This document shows, piece after piece, positions 1 through 12,389 of a stretch of DNA of 64,000 nt (position 1 is its first letter; every line of letters begins with the position of its first letter). The position numbers and the translations under genes were made by a program. This stretch comes from Octopus vulgaris. Taxonomy: Eukaryota. The DNA lies in assembly GCA_951406725.2 (NCBI GenBank), contig OX597824.1:16864001-16928000 (forward strand). The letters run 5' to 3'. The notes below the pieces were generated by a model. It was not told the DNA's origin. It worked only from the letters and a program-made list of their open reading frames with translations, and searched no databases.

Positions 1-169
1 ACCACCATCACCACCACCTCCCCCACTACCACCACTACTATTAGTTTGATCTTCATGTTGGGCATAATCATCATCATCATGGACCACAACAACAATTTTA
101 AGACCACCAGGAACCCCACCACCCCACCCATTATCTTTTTATGCAAAGCACTTGTGTCAATACATTATG

Positions 170-216
170 TATCTATCTATCCATCTGCCTATCTATCTAT
201 CTATCTATCCATCTGC

Positions 217-294
<78 letters not shown>

Positions 295-391
295 GCTCAT
301 CTATATTATCTATGAATATATTTCTGTATCTATTTACCTGCATTACCGAAAAAAAAAGATGGCCATTCTTACTTACCGTGTGTGTATGTAT

Positions 392-459
<68 letters not shown>

Positions 460-590
460 TATATACATAGATATAAATCCATATGAATATATATATATAT
501 ACATATACAAATATATACATATATATGCATATACATACATACATATAGATATACACATATTCATATATATGCATATGTATACATATATAA

Positions 591-655
<65 letters not shown>
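170..655. repeat. (CTAT)n followed by (AT)n/(ATAC)n microsatellites
   Basis: Directly visible simple repeats. Representative of dozens of similar tracts across the window. Confidence 0.95.
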
Positions 656-656
<1 letters not shown>

Positions 657-1722
657 GCATATCTATGTAAAGTTTTCTGTGTGAATATGTGTGTGTACAT
701 TTGCACATGCCTCCCCTTTCCTTTCTCTTCCATTTTCTTTGATTTTCGTGTTTTTTTGTTTTACTTCAGATTTCCTGTCTGCATGCATATTTGTCTGTAT
801 GTCTGTCTGACTGTTTCTAAATCTGCTTTTCTCATTGCTTATCTCTCTCTCTCTCTCTCTCTCTCCCTTCCTCCTTCTCTCCCTCTCTCTCTCTCTCTCT
901 TTGTCTCCCACTCCCCCCCTCTCTCATTTTCTCTGTCTTTACTTCTGTCGTTGTAAATATGGACCTGCCAACGTTGTTCCTGTATGTATGTACGTACGTC
1001 TGCCTGGCGGTCATTTAAACTGTCTGTACGCCATCTCGCCTGACACTCAATCGGTCAGTCAGTTTGACGGATGTCTCCACAATAATTGTCAGTCGATTTG
1101 TGTGTATGCATATATGGCATTTTCTCTATATATGTAAATAAGTATATGCATATATGTATGCGTGTATGTGCTTGTGTGCCTATAATGTGTATCTCTCTCT
1201 GCGTATCTATCCTCTATGTCTGTATCTAATTTTCTGACGATCTTTAAGCTTATTCTGTTCTCTTCTCTTTTGTGGGGGAACGTGGTGGGTCGTATGTCTT
1301 AGGCTCTCCCTAAACGAATGACTTCATTTAGCCTGGCAATGGCTGCTCACACGAACCGTTCTCATAACATATCTCATTTTAAAATTGTAATGGGTGTATG
1401 GTGTGGGCGCAGTGAATGTGAAAGTTGTGTCCGTGATAATAAAACTACTATAGTATTGTTATCATTTGGCTCTAGTTCGAACACATTTATGAACATAGAC
1501 GTTCCATCCGTGAACTTCCCGACTCTCTTATTTTTTCCAAGAATAGTGTACTCAGGTCTCAATTTTCTAATGAGTTCTCACTTTTCTTAAGATTCTAGAA
1601 TGTAATTTGAAAAAAATTCGGCTGGTTCTTCTAGCAGATTATACGTCCACATGAAGGTTACGATCATGGATAGCTTGTGGCTGTTTGTTTTAGGAATAGC
1701 ATCCACTTATAAAAATCAATTT

Positions 1723-2036
1723 GGAGGCACAATGGCCCAGTGGTTAAGGCAGCTGACTCGCGATCGGAGGATCGCGGTTTCGATTCCCAGACCGGGCGTT
1801 GTGTGTTTATTGAGCGAAAACACCTAAAGAAGCTCCAAGAGGCTCCGGCAGGGGTGGGGATGGCGATCACTATTGTACTCTTTCGCCACAACTCTTTCTC
1901 ACTCTCTCTTCCTGTTTCTCGAGTAACGCTGCGATGGACTGGCGTCCTGTCCAACTGGGTAGGAGAAACACATACGCCACAGAAATCGGGAAACCGGGCC
2001 CATGAGCCTGGCTAGACTTGAAAAAAGCGACAAAAA
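1723..2036 (+). mobile_element. tRNA-derived SINE (resembles octopus OR-type SINEs) with target-site duplication
   Basis: A-box TGGCCCAGTGG, B-box-like GGTTTCGATTCCC and an A-rich tail. AAAAATCAAT occurs at 1711-1720 and 2037-2046. The head is nearly identical to the copy at 20988. Confidence 0.85.
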
Positions 2037-2763
2037 AAAAATCAATAGGCAAACAAAACCAGTGAAAAAGATATTGATCAATGGAAAGCTAGGTTCTGAA
2101 ACAGCAGAACCTAATGTATGTAAATGTAACCGGCCGAACTGAGGAGTATGTAGCTATTAATTGGAGGGTCCCGAAATCCACTTCTAAGACGGTCCCTACC
2201 TTGACAATTTGAAAATTAAGTTGTCAGCCCAACCGTGACAGCATATGACTTAAGTATTTACATGCTCTGACCACACCGTGTTATTAAGAATATGCTGAAG
2301 GCGATATCATCAAAGCAACTGTACGTATTTCCTGTGGTAGAGTGATATTCAATGGAGATTTTGCTCTCGTTTCCAGCAGATAGTGAAATTATTCAGAGAC
2401 TTCATCGCTGGCCCACACACCACTAAAATGCATAGGTGTGTAAGTCAACGTATATTTTGATACACATATTTATCTATTATCTAACATTTTCTACACTTCC
2501 CTCTTAGTACACACACATACATATCTATGTTTGTATATTTGCGTGTGTGTATACGTGTATATACCCGGTAGGCACAGAATGTTGGAGAGTTGAATAAGAT
2601 TATTTTGCGAACTCGAGCTCCATTATCTTGGAAACTTGCTCAAGCGTCATTTCTTATAGTATCCGGCTGGCTTGCGCCTTGTGAATAAAGATGAGTTTTG
2701 AGGAAAGTATAGAAATTGATCAGATTAATTGTACCTGTAATACAAAAAAAAAAAAAAATTTTT

Positions 2764-3105
2764 GGAGGCGCATGGCTCCGTGGTTAGAGCGCCAACCTTA
2801 CGACCGTGAGGTTGTGAGTTCGAATCCCAGGCCGGGCTCCGTGTTGTGTTCTTGATCAAGACACTATTTCACGTTGCTCCAGTTAACTCAGCTGTAGAAA
2901 TGAGTTGCCACGTCACTGATGCCAAGCTGTATCAGCCTTTACCTTTCCCTTGGACATCACTGGTGGCGTGGAAAGAGGAGGCTGGTATGCATGGGCGACT
3001 ACTGGTCTTCCATGAAACAACCATGCCCGGACTTGTGCCTCGGAGGTGCAATCTTACTAGGTGCAATCCCATGGTCATTCGTGACCGAAGGGGGGGGGGC
3101 TCCGC
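2764..3105 (+). mobile_element. tRNA-derived SINE with CORE-like central domain
   Basis: A-box TGGCTCCGTGG and B-box GAGTTCGAATCCC, then GTGTTCTTGATCAAGACAC...CTCAGCTGTAGAAATGAG. Flanking AATACAAAAA at 2739-2748 and 3106-3115. Second copy inverted at 11888-12192. Confidence 0.8.
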
Positions 3106-3390
3106 AATACAAAAACCGTAACACACTAAATCACACTTACTTTGCTTCAGGATTATTTCAAGGAGAATCCTCTCCGTGCACCGGTCCAGTCGGTTATACT
3201 TTATTGCCGCAGTAGTTGTTCATTCGATTAAATAATTACACCCTGGGCGTAGAACGATGGAGGCCGACCACGTGTCTGTGTGTGTGCGCATGTTTATGAG
3301 TGTGTATATACAAAACAGCTTTCGTTCCAAACAAATTATATGAGGGCACGGTCTGTACTTTAGTTTGATCGTTTTGTTTTTTATTAAGAA

Positions 3391-3887
3391 CTAGCCGTAT
3401 CGCCCGGCGTTGCTCGGGTTTGTAAGGGAAATAACTATAAAGCATTTTTAGAGAGTTATAGCAAAAAAGTAGCAAAAAAATGTATTAAAATGGAAAAAAA
3501 ATGATGGTAAATTTTTTTTAAATCGTTGACTCATCGTAGACATTTTTAGAGAGTTACTTCCCTTATATAATAGCGAAAAAAAATGCATTAAAATGGAAAA
3601 AAATGATGGTAAATTATTTTAAAAATCGTAGACTCATCGTAGACATTTTTAGAGAGTTACTTCCCTTATATAATAGCGAAAAAATGCATTAAAATGGAAA
3701 AAATGATGGTAAATTATTTTTAAAATCGTAGACTCATCGTAGACGCGCGCTAATATCCAGAAGGGCTCGATATGAATCACGACTATAAGATACCCGGTTT
3801 TGGTTAAACTGCACCGCAAAATGTGGGAGTAGTTAGGAATCTAAACCGTAGGAGACAGACACACAACCTTACTTTTATATATAAAGA
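3391..3887 (-). mobile_element. Non-autonomous Helitron with internal ~105-bp tandem repeats
   Basis: Minus strand reads A|TCTTTATATATAAAAG ... hairpin CCCGAGCAACGCCGGG ... CTAG|T: TC start, CTAG end, A/T insertion site, no TSD. About 3 internal repeat units at 3443-3745. Confidence 0.85.
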
Positions 3888-4089
3888 TATTTTCATATTT
3901 CCTTATTACTATTTCTTTTTTAATATGTAACAATTACTTTGATAAAATCATTTGTCCTCTGACATTTCAAGAGCGCCATTGTCCGATTCTCAAAATAAAA
4001 TGATGGTAAAATTGGCATTTTGTTCGCGTTCTTTGCAGTACATTACAAAGACGACGATGAAAATACTTTTATCAATGATAAAATCATCA

Positions 4090-5191
4090 CTTCCTTCCTT
4101 CCTTCCTTCCTTCCTTCGCTCCTTCCTCCTTTATTTCCTTCTTTCCTGCATTCCTTCCTTCCCTCCCTCCTTCCTTCTTTCCTTCCTTCCTTCCGTCCTT
4201 CCTTCCTTCCTTCTTTCTTTCCTTCCTTCCTTCCTTCCTTCCTTCCTTCCTTACTTAATTCCTTCCTTCATTCTCTCCTTCCCTCCTTCCTCCTTTCCTT
4301 CGTTCCTTCGGTCCTTCGTTCCTTCGTTCCCTCTTTCCTCCTTTCCTTCCTTCCTCCCTTCCTTCCTTCGTTCCTTCGGTCCTTCGTTCCTTCGTTTACT
4401 CCTTCCTTCTTTCCTTCCTTCTTTCCTTCCTTCCTTCTTTCCTTCCTTCCTTCCTTCCTTCCTTCCTTCCATCCTTCCATCCTTCCTTACTTAATTCCTT
4501 CCTTCATTCTCTCCTTCCCTCCTTCCTCCTTTCCTTCCTTCCTCCCTTCCTTCCTTCGTTCCTTCGGTCCTTCGTTCCTTCGTTCCCTCCTTCCTCCTTT
4601 CCTTCCTTCCTCCCTTCCTTCCTTCGTTCCTTCTGTCCTTCGTTCCTTCTTTCCCTTCTTCCTTCGTTCCTTCCCTCCCTCCTTCCTTCCTCCCTTCCTT
4701 CCTTCGTTCCTTCTTTCCTTCCTTCCTTCCTTCCTTCCTTCCCTCCCTCCTTCCTTCCTCCCTTCCTTCCTTCCTTCCTTCCTCCCTTCCTTCCTTCGTT
4801 CCTTCTGTCCTTCGTTCCTTCTTTCCCTCCTTCCTTCGTTCCTTCCCTCCCTCCTTCCTTCCTCCCTTCCTCCCTTCCTTCCTTCCTTCCTCCCTTCCTT
4901 CCTTCGTTCCTTCGGTCCTTCGTTCCTTCGTTCCCTCCTTCCTCCTTTCCTTCCTTCCTCCCTTCCTTCCTTCGTTCCTTCTGTCCTTCGTTCCTTCTTT
5001 CCCTCCTTCCTTCGTTCCTTCCCTCCCTCCTTCCTTCCTCCCTTCCTTCTTTCGTTCCTTCTTTCCTTCCTTCCTTCTTTCCTTCCTTCCTTCCTTCCAT
5101 CCTTCCATCCTTCCTTACTTAATTCCTTCCTTCATTCTCTCCCTCCCTTGCTTCCTTGCTTCCTTCCGTCCTTCACTCCTTCCTTCCTTCC
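4090..5191. repeat. 1.1-kb (TTCC)n-type polypyrimidine satellite with higher-order duplications
   Basis: Nearly pure C/T. Marker CCTTACTTAATTCCTTCCTTCATTCTCTCC recurs near 4249, 4485 and 5113. Confidence 0.95.
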
Positions 5192-5470
5192 TATCCCTTG
5201 ACTGCGCAATTATTGCCGCATTCGTTGATTATACCTTAACCACATTTCACCACTTCTCTCGGCCTTCTGCTAACCTTTGTGAGACGACGGAATTGAGGCC
5301 AGTCCACTCCTTGACGTTAACCCGGGCAGCGACCAGTCCGGTATGGATTCAGTCCTGGTTGTCGTCCTCATGAATATATCATGGCCAAGTTAGCTTGGCG
5401 GCGTTCATTACTCTCCAAGCTCTTAACCACAACATTATGATTCCAGCTGAAACATCCCTTGGTCCCGAAG
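5192..5470 (-). pseudogene. Decayed 3' end of an RTE-clade LINE ORF
   Basis: Minus strand encodes VKEWTGLNSVVSQRLAEGREKW*NVVK, resembling the RTE C-terminal IKEWTGL...AEDREKWR motif. It ends GTCAAGGGATAGG and runs into a tandem-repeat tail. Confidence 0.6.
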
Positions 5471-5778
5471 ACGAGACCGTTCACTTGAACAGCTTTTTCT
5501 GTCCTAACTACTGACTCCTTGAGAAGACACACCGGGACTCTTTTGCCTACTGGTGAAGTGTTCACACAATTACATCAATGGGTTTAGTACTCCTAGCGTC
5601 GAAGTGTGACGCTAGGAGCCACCAAACGAAATATTAGGAATTAAAGGGCGGCCAGTGATGCTTATCCTACTCACAATCCATGGCAAGGAGCAGCTGTCAG
5701 ATACCAAAACTACGACCTCTGTTCATAGCACTCTGCATTTCATAAACCCATCAATGCCACACTTAATATACTACAGCG

Positions 5779-6546
5779 ACAAGGCGACTGAGCTGGCAGA
5801 AACGTTAGCACGCCGGGCGAAATGCTTATCGGTATTTCGTCTGCCGCTACGTTCTGAGTTCAAATTCCGCCGAGGTCGACTTTGCCTTTCATCATTTCGG
5901 GGTCGATTAAATAAGTACCAGTTACGCACTGGGGTCGGTATAATCGACTTAATCCGTTTGTCTGTCCTTGTTTGTCCCCTCTGCGTTTAGCCCCTTGTGG
6001 GTAGTAAAGAAATAGGTATTTCGTCTGACGCTACGTTCTGAGTTCAAATTCCGCCGACGTCGACTTTGTCTTTCATCTTTTCGGGGTCGATTAAATAAGT
6101 ACCAGTTACACACTGGGTCGGTATAAACGACTTAATCTGTTTGTCTGTCCTTGTTTGTCCTCTCTGTGTTTAGCCCCTTGTGGGTAGTAAAGAAATAGGT
6201 ATTTCGTTTGGTTTTACGTTCTGAGTTCAAATTCCGCGGAGGTCGACTTGGCCTTTCATCCTTTCGGGGTCGATTAAATAAGTACCAGTTACGCACTGGG
6301 GTCGGTATAAACGACTTAATCCGTTTGTTTCTCCTTGTTTGTCCTCTCTGTGTTTAGCCCCTTGTGGATAGTAAAGAAATAGGTATTTCGTCTGTCTTTA
6401 CTTTCTGAGTTAAGATTCCGCCGAGGTGGACTTTGCCTTTCATCCTTTCGGGGCCAATAAATTAAGTACCAGTAGAGTACTGGAGTCGATCTAATCGACT
6501 CGGCCCCTCCTCCAAAATCTTGGGCCTTGTGCCTAGAGTAGAAAAG
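5779..6546 (+). mobile_element. Family-B SINE as a head-to-tail multimer (~184-bp units, 4 cores) with 14-bp TSD
   Basis: GGTATTTCGT restarts at 5831, 6015, 6198 and 6382. B-box-like GAGTTCAAATTCC and core GTCGACTTTGCCTTTCATCCTTTCGGGGTCGAT. AATATACTACAGCG at 5765-5778 and 6547-6560. Confidence 0.85.
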
Positions 6547-6692
6547 AATATACTACAGCGGTAATTGTGCATTATATAACTAATTTTACGTGTGTCCTTT
6601 CAGTGAAATTAGTTTTGGTTTTGCAGTTTGCCATTATTGAAACCACCACGGTTTTTCTGTCATGGAATTTAGTGTTATGTTCTTTATCATTC

Positions 6693-6876
6693 CTTTATTC
6701 TTTTATTTGCTTCAGACATTTGACTGCAGCCATGCTGGAGCACCGTCTTTACTCTAAAAAACCGACCGCAGGACTTATTCTATCGGTCTCTTTTACCGTA
6801 CTGTTACGTTACGGATACGTAAACACACCAACATCGGTGGCCAAGCGATGGTGGGGAGACAAACACAAACTCGCAA

Positions 6877-6966
<90 letters not shown>

Positions 6967-7105
6967 GACAGGCTTCTTTCACTTACTGTCTACCAAAACT
7001 ACTCAGAAGGCTCCCGTCGGCTCGGGCTACTAGTAGAAGGCAGTTGCCCAATATACCACGCAGTGAGACTGAACCCGGAACCATGTGGTTGGCAAGCAAG
7101 CTACA
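6693..7105 (-). mobile_element. Family-A bipartite SINE (tRNA-like head, internal microsatellite, LINE-like tail)
   Basis: Reverse complement of the 10167-10627 element. Confidence 0.85.
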
Positions 7106-7498
7106 ATTATAATACAATCAAATGGCTTCATCCCGTTATATTTTCTGTACTTCATTCAGACATGTTCTGTTTCCTAGCTTGTTCATGGTCAAATGACGAG
7201 AATGAACCGTCCATTGTAACTGATTCATGAAGTCTGCAGCTGTAATGACATCGAAATTTTAATATAACATTGACGGAATTACGTTCTATGCTTTCTATAG
7301 TTGCTCCTTTTGTTAAATGTCAATCTTTGTTATTATCTATTTCGCTTTTCTTGGTTCAGTCATTGGACTGCAGCTCTGGTGGGACACTGGGTTGAACGCT
7401 TTAGAAGAATAAATCACCTGGGTTAATTATTTTCTTAAATCTATTATTTATTCGATCAGTCCTTTTGTTCCGTTACCAAACTACTAAATTAAGAGGAA

Positions 7499-7573
<75 letters not shown>

Positions 7574-7575
7574 TA

Positions 7576-8501
7576 CAGGGTTGGCAACAATCGAAACAAT
7601 TCATCTTTAGATTTAAGATTCTATCGAGTTTTTCGTATAGCTCTAGTTACTATGCTCCAAAGATTTTCAATTGGGTTCATGTCAGAAGATTGGCTCGACG
7701 AAGGAAGCTTTTTGATCCCATTTTTCAGTCAGTCATTGCTGATTCCTTTTCGTTGTGTGTGGCATGGGGCCCCATCTTCCATGAATAGAAACTCATTTTT
7801 CGTTATGTTATCTTGTGAATACATCGGAAGTAGTCCTTGCTGAAGTATTTCGATGTATTTTTCAGAGTTTATGGTTCCAACACATTCAATCAGCTCAGAA
7901 TGACCATTGCCGGTGATAGCTTCCCATACCATGACAGAGATACCGCCATGTTTCATAGTTGGTTGGAGCCGTTTCAAATCAAATTCTTGATTGGGAAGCC
8001 TCCAAACCCAAACACGTCCACTGTCCGAAAATAATGCAAATCTTGATTAACCTGAGAAAATCACTCTATCCCAAAACGAACTGGATTTTTCTGACATCTC
8101 TTTAGCCCATGTCTTCCTTTTCATGATATTAATTGGTTGAAGGAGTGGTTTTCTTCTAGCTGCTCGTCCATAATATCCAATCTTATGCAGGTATGTAACA
8201 CACATCCTTGGACTAACTTCTAGCTGTTTTGCGAGGTCAGAAGCTTTCGAACGGGGTTTGTTTTCTACAATTCTCTTCAAACAGCGAAGCTTCCTTTGCG
8301 AGGGTCCAGATCGGCCGGGACGAGAATCTGTTGATCCTTTTCCTTCGCTTCTAAATTGCAATGTAATTTTATTAACAGCAGCAAGAGTAATTTGAAGATT
8401 TTCGGCAATTTTTCGCTGGCTAAGACCAGCCTCAGATTGCCCGGCAGTACGATCTGTTTGAAAATCTGACTGTTCTGCTGAAATTTTATTGTGCGCGGCA
8501 T
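7576..8501 (-). pseudogene. Decayed Tc1-family DDE transposase
   Basis: Split ORFs give HTH region plus RPGR, RKPLL, WDRVIFS(G*), KHGGISVMVW, FMEDGAPCH and SQSSDMNPIENLW. Interrupted by frameshift and stop codons. Confidence 0.9.
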
Positions 8502-8691
8502 GGTTACTCTTCGCAAATGTTTAATATAATGGCAGCTGGAATGAAAAATAATAATTACATTATAAATTCTACACCGCTAAAAACATATTACGACGCTGTG
8601 ATCAGAAATTTTTAAAATTAAAGATGTCTATTTACTTCGTGCATGTCTGTATGCACACACACACACACACACATTCACATATATATGTATG

Positions 8692-8723
<32 letters not shown>

Positions 8724-8775
8724 TGTATGTATGTATGCATGTATGTATGTATGTATGCATGCATATGTATGTATG

Positions 8776-8805
<30 letters not shown>

Positions 8806-8806
<1 letters not shown>

Positions 8807-8960
8807 GCGTCACGGACCAAATTCAGTAATCCATTCGCAAGACATTGGTTCGTCTGGAGGTATTGTAGAAGACGCTTATCTAAAGTGCGGCGCAATGGAA
8901 CTGAAACCGAAACCAACTGATTGTAAAGCGAGCTTCATAACCATACAGCTGCTCCTGCTC
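8806..8960 (-). mobile_element. Diverged family-A SINE head (its tail probably at ~7340-7500)
   Basis: Similar to the reverse complement of 10167-10330. A diverged tail lies on the other side of the Tc1 relic. Confidence 0.6.
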
Positions 8961-8972
8961 TAGTATATCTGC

Positions 8973-9053
<81 letters not shown>

Positions 9054-9088
9054 CATCTTTCTATCTATCTATCTATCTATCTATCTAC

Positions 9089-9137
<49 letters not shown>

Positions 9138-9138
9138 C

Positions 9139-9229
<91 letters not shown>

Positions 9230-9230
9230 C

Positions 9231-9285
<55 letters not shown>

Positions 9286-9296
9286 CATCTATCTAT
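8973..9296. repeat. (CTAT)n microsatellite
   Basis: About 320 bp of near-perfect tetranucleotide repeat. Confidence 0.95.
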
Positions 9297-9297
9297 A

Positions 9298-9483
9298 GCC
9301 GGTGGCACGTAAAAAGCACCCACTACACTCTCGGAGTGTTTGGCGTTAGGAAGGGCGTCCAGCTGTAGAAACTATATCAGATCAAGATTGGAGCCTGGTG
9401 CAGCCATCTGGTTCGCCAGCCCCCAGTCAAAATCGCACAACCCATGCTAGCAGGGAAAGCAGGCGTTAAACGATGATGATGGT
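9298..9483 (+). mobile_element. SINE fragment (family C) with RTE-type tail
   Basis: TTGGCGTTAGGAAGGGCGTCCAGCTGTAGAAAC core and AACCCATGCTAGCA...CGTTAAACGATGATGAT tail. Family assignment is from memory. Confidence 0.6.
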
Positions 9484-10166
9484 AATGATAGTCTAACAGT
9501 GAGATTATATTCCGGTGTAATTCACGTGGAATGTTCCACGAGTGTTTTTAATGGCGTATTCATCTATTTTATTACACGAGTGCATTTTGTTTTTATTGTA
9601 CATGTTATATAATTTTCGTGCAATTTTAGTGGGTGCTTCATCTCCTGTGTTAGATCGATTTCGTTGTTCTAGTATTGTATGCATTCTTCTGATAGTGTAT
9701 TATTTGAATATCTGTCCGTTTGTGTTTGTACGTGAGTGCGTATCTGTGTGCATATGTATAGGTACATACATATATAAACATACATACCTACATGCATACA
9801 CGTACACATATGCCCACTCAGTTATATAATTTATATCAGCACACGCGTGTATGATTACGTGGGTGTGTACCCGTATGCGTGCTTACCTGCCTGTGTCAGG
9901 GTGTGTCGGTGTTTGTGTGTAAGGAACGATTGTATAATTATCAGCCCTTTACATATAATTTAAAACAATACTGTCCCTAGATCCATTATTCTTTCAGCGT
10001 TTGAAAATCATAGTTTTACCACCGGAGCGAAACAATTATAACATTGGCGTGTTCGGGTGCGTTGAAGAAGGTCGCAGCGGATCATCGGATTAATTATAAT
10101 TGATACCATCTTTAACGTTGGATTTATAATTATTCAACAATTAGTTTTCCTTCTATATTTCATAAA

Positions 10167-10329
10167 AGGCGCAGGAGTGGCTGTGTGGTAAGTAGCTTGC
10201 TAACCAACCACATGGTTCCGGGTTCAGTCCCACTGCGTGGCATCTTGGGCAAGTGTCTTCTGCTATAGCCCCGGGCCGACCAATGCTTTGTGAGTGGATT
10301 TGGTAGACGGAAACTGAAAGAAGCCTGTC

Positions 10330-10394
<65 letters not shown>

Positions 10395-10627
10395 TGTGTG
10401 TGTATATGTTTGTGTGTCTGTGTTTGTCCCCCTAGCATTGCTTGACAACCGATGCTGGTGTGTTTACGTCCCCGTCACTTAGCGGTTCGGCAAAAAGAGA
10501 CCGATAGAATAAGTACTGGGCTTACAAAGAATAAGTCCCGGGGTCGATTTGCTCGACTAAAGGCGGTGGTCCAGCATGGCCGCAGTCAAATGACTGAAAC
10601 AAGTAAAAGAGTAAAAGAGTCAAGAGA
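10167..10627 (+). mobile_element. Full-length family-A bipartite SINE
   Basis: A-box TGGCTGTGTGG, B-box-like GGTTCAGTCCC, internal (TA)n(TG)n, tail ...CCAGCATGGCCGCAGTCAAATGACTGAAACAAGT(AAAAGAGT)n. Many copies in the window. Confidence 0.9.
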
Positions 10628-11333
10628 ATATCTTTTATGTGTTGCCTCTTTGCGTTAATTTTTACCTTGCAATTTAACTATTCATAAGTCTTCAATCACT
10701 GCTATTCGCAATTTCTATGAAATTATCAATAAGATAGTAGTGATGTTTGCTCACGTATTGTATCCATATTCCTGAATATTTTTATTGTATTGTTCTTTAG
10801 CCTGGCCTTTTATTAACGGTGACTTTTACGAAATTTTCTTTTACTCAGCAGGTCTCTTTAGTTAAATAATTACATCTACACCATTTACCCTTTTTCTTTT
10901 ATTCTTCAATTATTCGAGTCATTGGATTGCGACTATGCTGGGGTACTATGTCGATGGGCGGCTTTTTATTTTTTTTGCATTAAGCAAATCAACCCCAGTA
11001 TTTATTACTTCTATCAGGATTTTTTGCCGACGGCTGTTACAAGGACGTTAATAAACCACCACCGGTTGCAAAGCGATGTGGAGAGATGGTCTCTCTCTCT
11101 CACTCTCTCACTCACTCTGTCTCTCACTCTAACTCTCTCTCACACACACAAAAATACACACACTCGCACACATATACATAAATGTACCTATTATCTGTAT
11201 ACGTACTGTACCTATAATACATACATGCATACATACATACATACATACATACATACATACATGTATATATAGAAATATATATATGCGTGTGTGTATATAT
11301 ACATGTATATATACATACACACATATATATATG

Positions 11334-11369
<36 letters not shown>

Positions 11370-11548
11370 CCGGAGTAAACACATAAATGTGAAACAAGGT
11401 GGAAAAAAGAGTACTCAAAAAAGAGTACTCAAATACTTATTTAAAGCAGCCGAAAATTCAACAAAACCTGTTACTCTGAGTTTCCCGTTTCCGAAATGGG
11501 AAACTCAGAGTAACAGGTTTTGTTGAATTTTCTGCTGCTTTAAATAAA

Positions 11549-11550
<2 letters not shown>
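11370..11550. mobile_element. (TA)n-embedded fold-back element (probable Penelope-like inverted fragment)
   Basis: 50-bp inverted arms 11437-11486 and 11498-11547 with 1 mismatch. Contains GAAACTCAGAGTA. Confidence 0.65.
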
Positions 11551-11603
<53 letters not shown>

Positions 11604-11887
11604 CAGATATACGACGGGATTCCACACAGTTTCCTCCGACCAAATTCACTCACAAAGCATTGGCCAACTCCTGCCCAAGGTGGCGCGCAGTGGGACTGAA
11701 TGTAAAACCTCGTGGCTGGTTGTATGTGCATTTCTTAACTCTAGAGCCATGCTTTGCGCCTGTAATAGACCAATGTTCAAAACTGACAAGGAAATATTCT
11801 TCCCTGTTTGAGTGTACTCACTGTCCCCCAGAATATATACGTATTTGTTTCTGTTTTGGTACTTAAAAATGGGAACAATATTCTTCT

Positions 11888-12192
11888 GTCATGAATGGTC
11901 ATAGGATTGCACCTAGAAAGTTACCCTCCGAGGCACAAGTCCGGTAAAGGTTGTTTAAGGAAGATCAGCAGTCTTGCATGTTTAGCAGCCTCCCCTCTCC
12001 ATGCCCCGCGATGTCATACAAAAGAAAGGGAAAGGCTGATACGGTTTGGCACCAGTGACGACGCAAATTATTTCTACAGCATGAAATAAAGTATCTTGTT
12101 CAAGAACATAACACATTAGCCCGGTCTCTGAATCGAACTCACTACGTCATGATTGTGAGCGTGACGCTCTAACCACTGAACCATACATTCTC
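11888..12192 (-). mobile_element. CORE-like SINE, same family as 2764-3105
   Basis: Reverse-complement similarity along its length. Confidence 0.75.
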
Positions 12193-12389
12193 ACGGCTAT
12201 ATACTTAACTGGAATATGTGTTATTACTTACTGCTTTATTCCAATAACTAGAAAGACACACACACATAGAAACATACATGCATATATATAGATATACATA
12301 TATATATTCATATACATACATATATATAGATATACATATATATATTCATATACATACATATAGGTACCTATATATATATATATATATTA

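Noticed and set aside
1723-1800. Possible tRNA genes at SINE heads (also 2764, 20988, 45417)
   Set aside because: A and B boxes are present, but they continue into shared SINE bodies with TSDs and lack a clean cloverleaf and terminator.
4020-5201. 393-aa ORF, the longest in the window
   Set aside because: Entirely (TTCC)n derived and open in several frames on both strands.
5779-6546. Regularly spaced repeats resembling a CRISPR array
   Set aside because: Whole ~184-bp units repeat with no unique spacers, the context is eukaryotic, and there are no cas genes.
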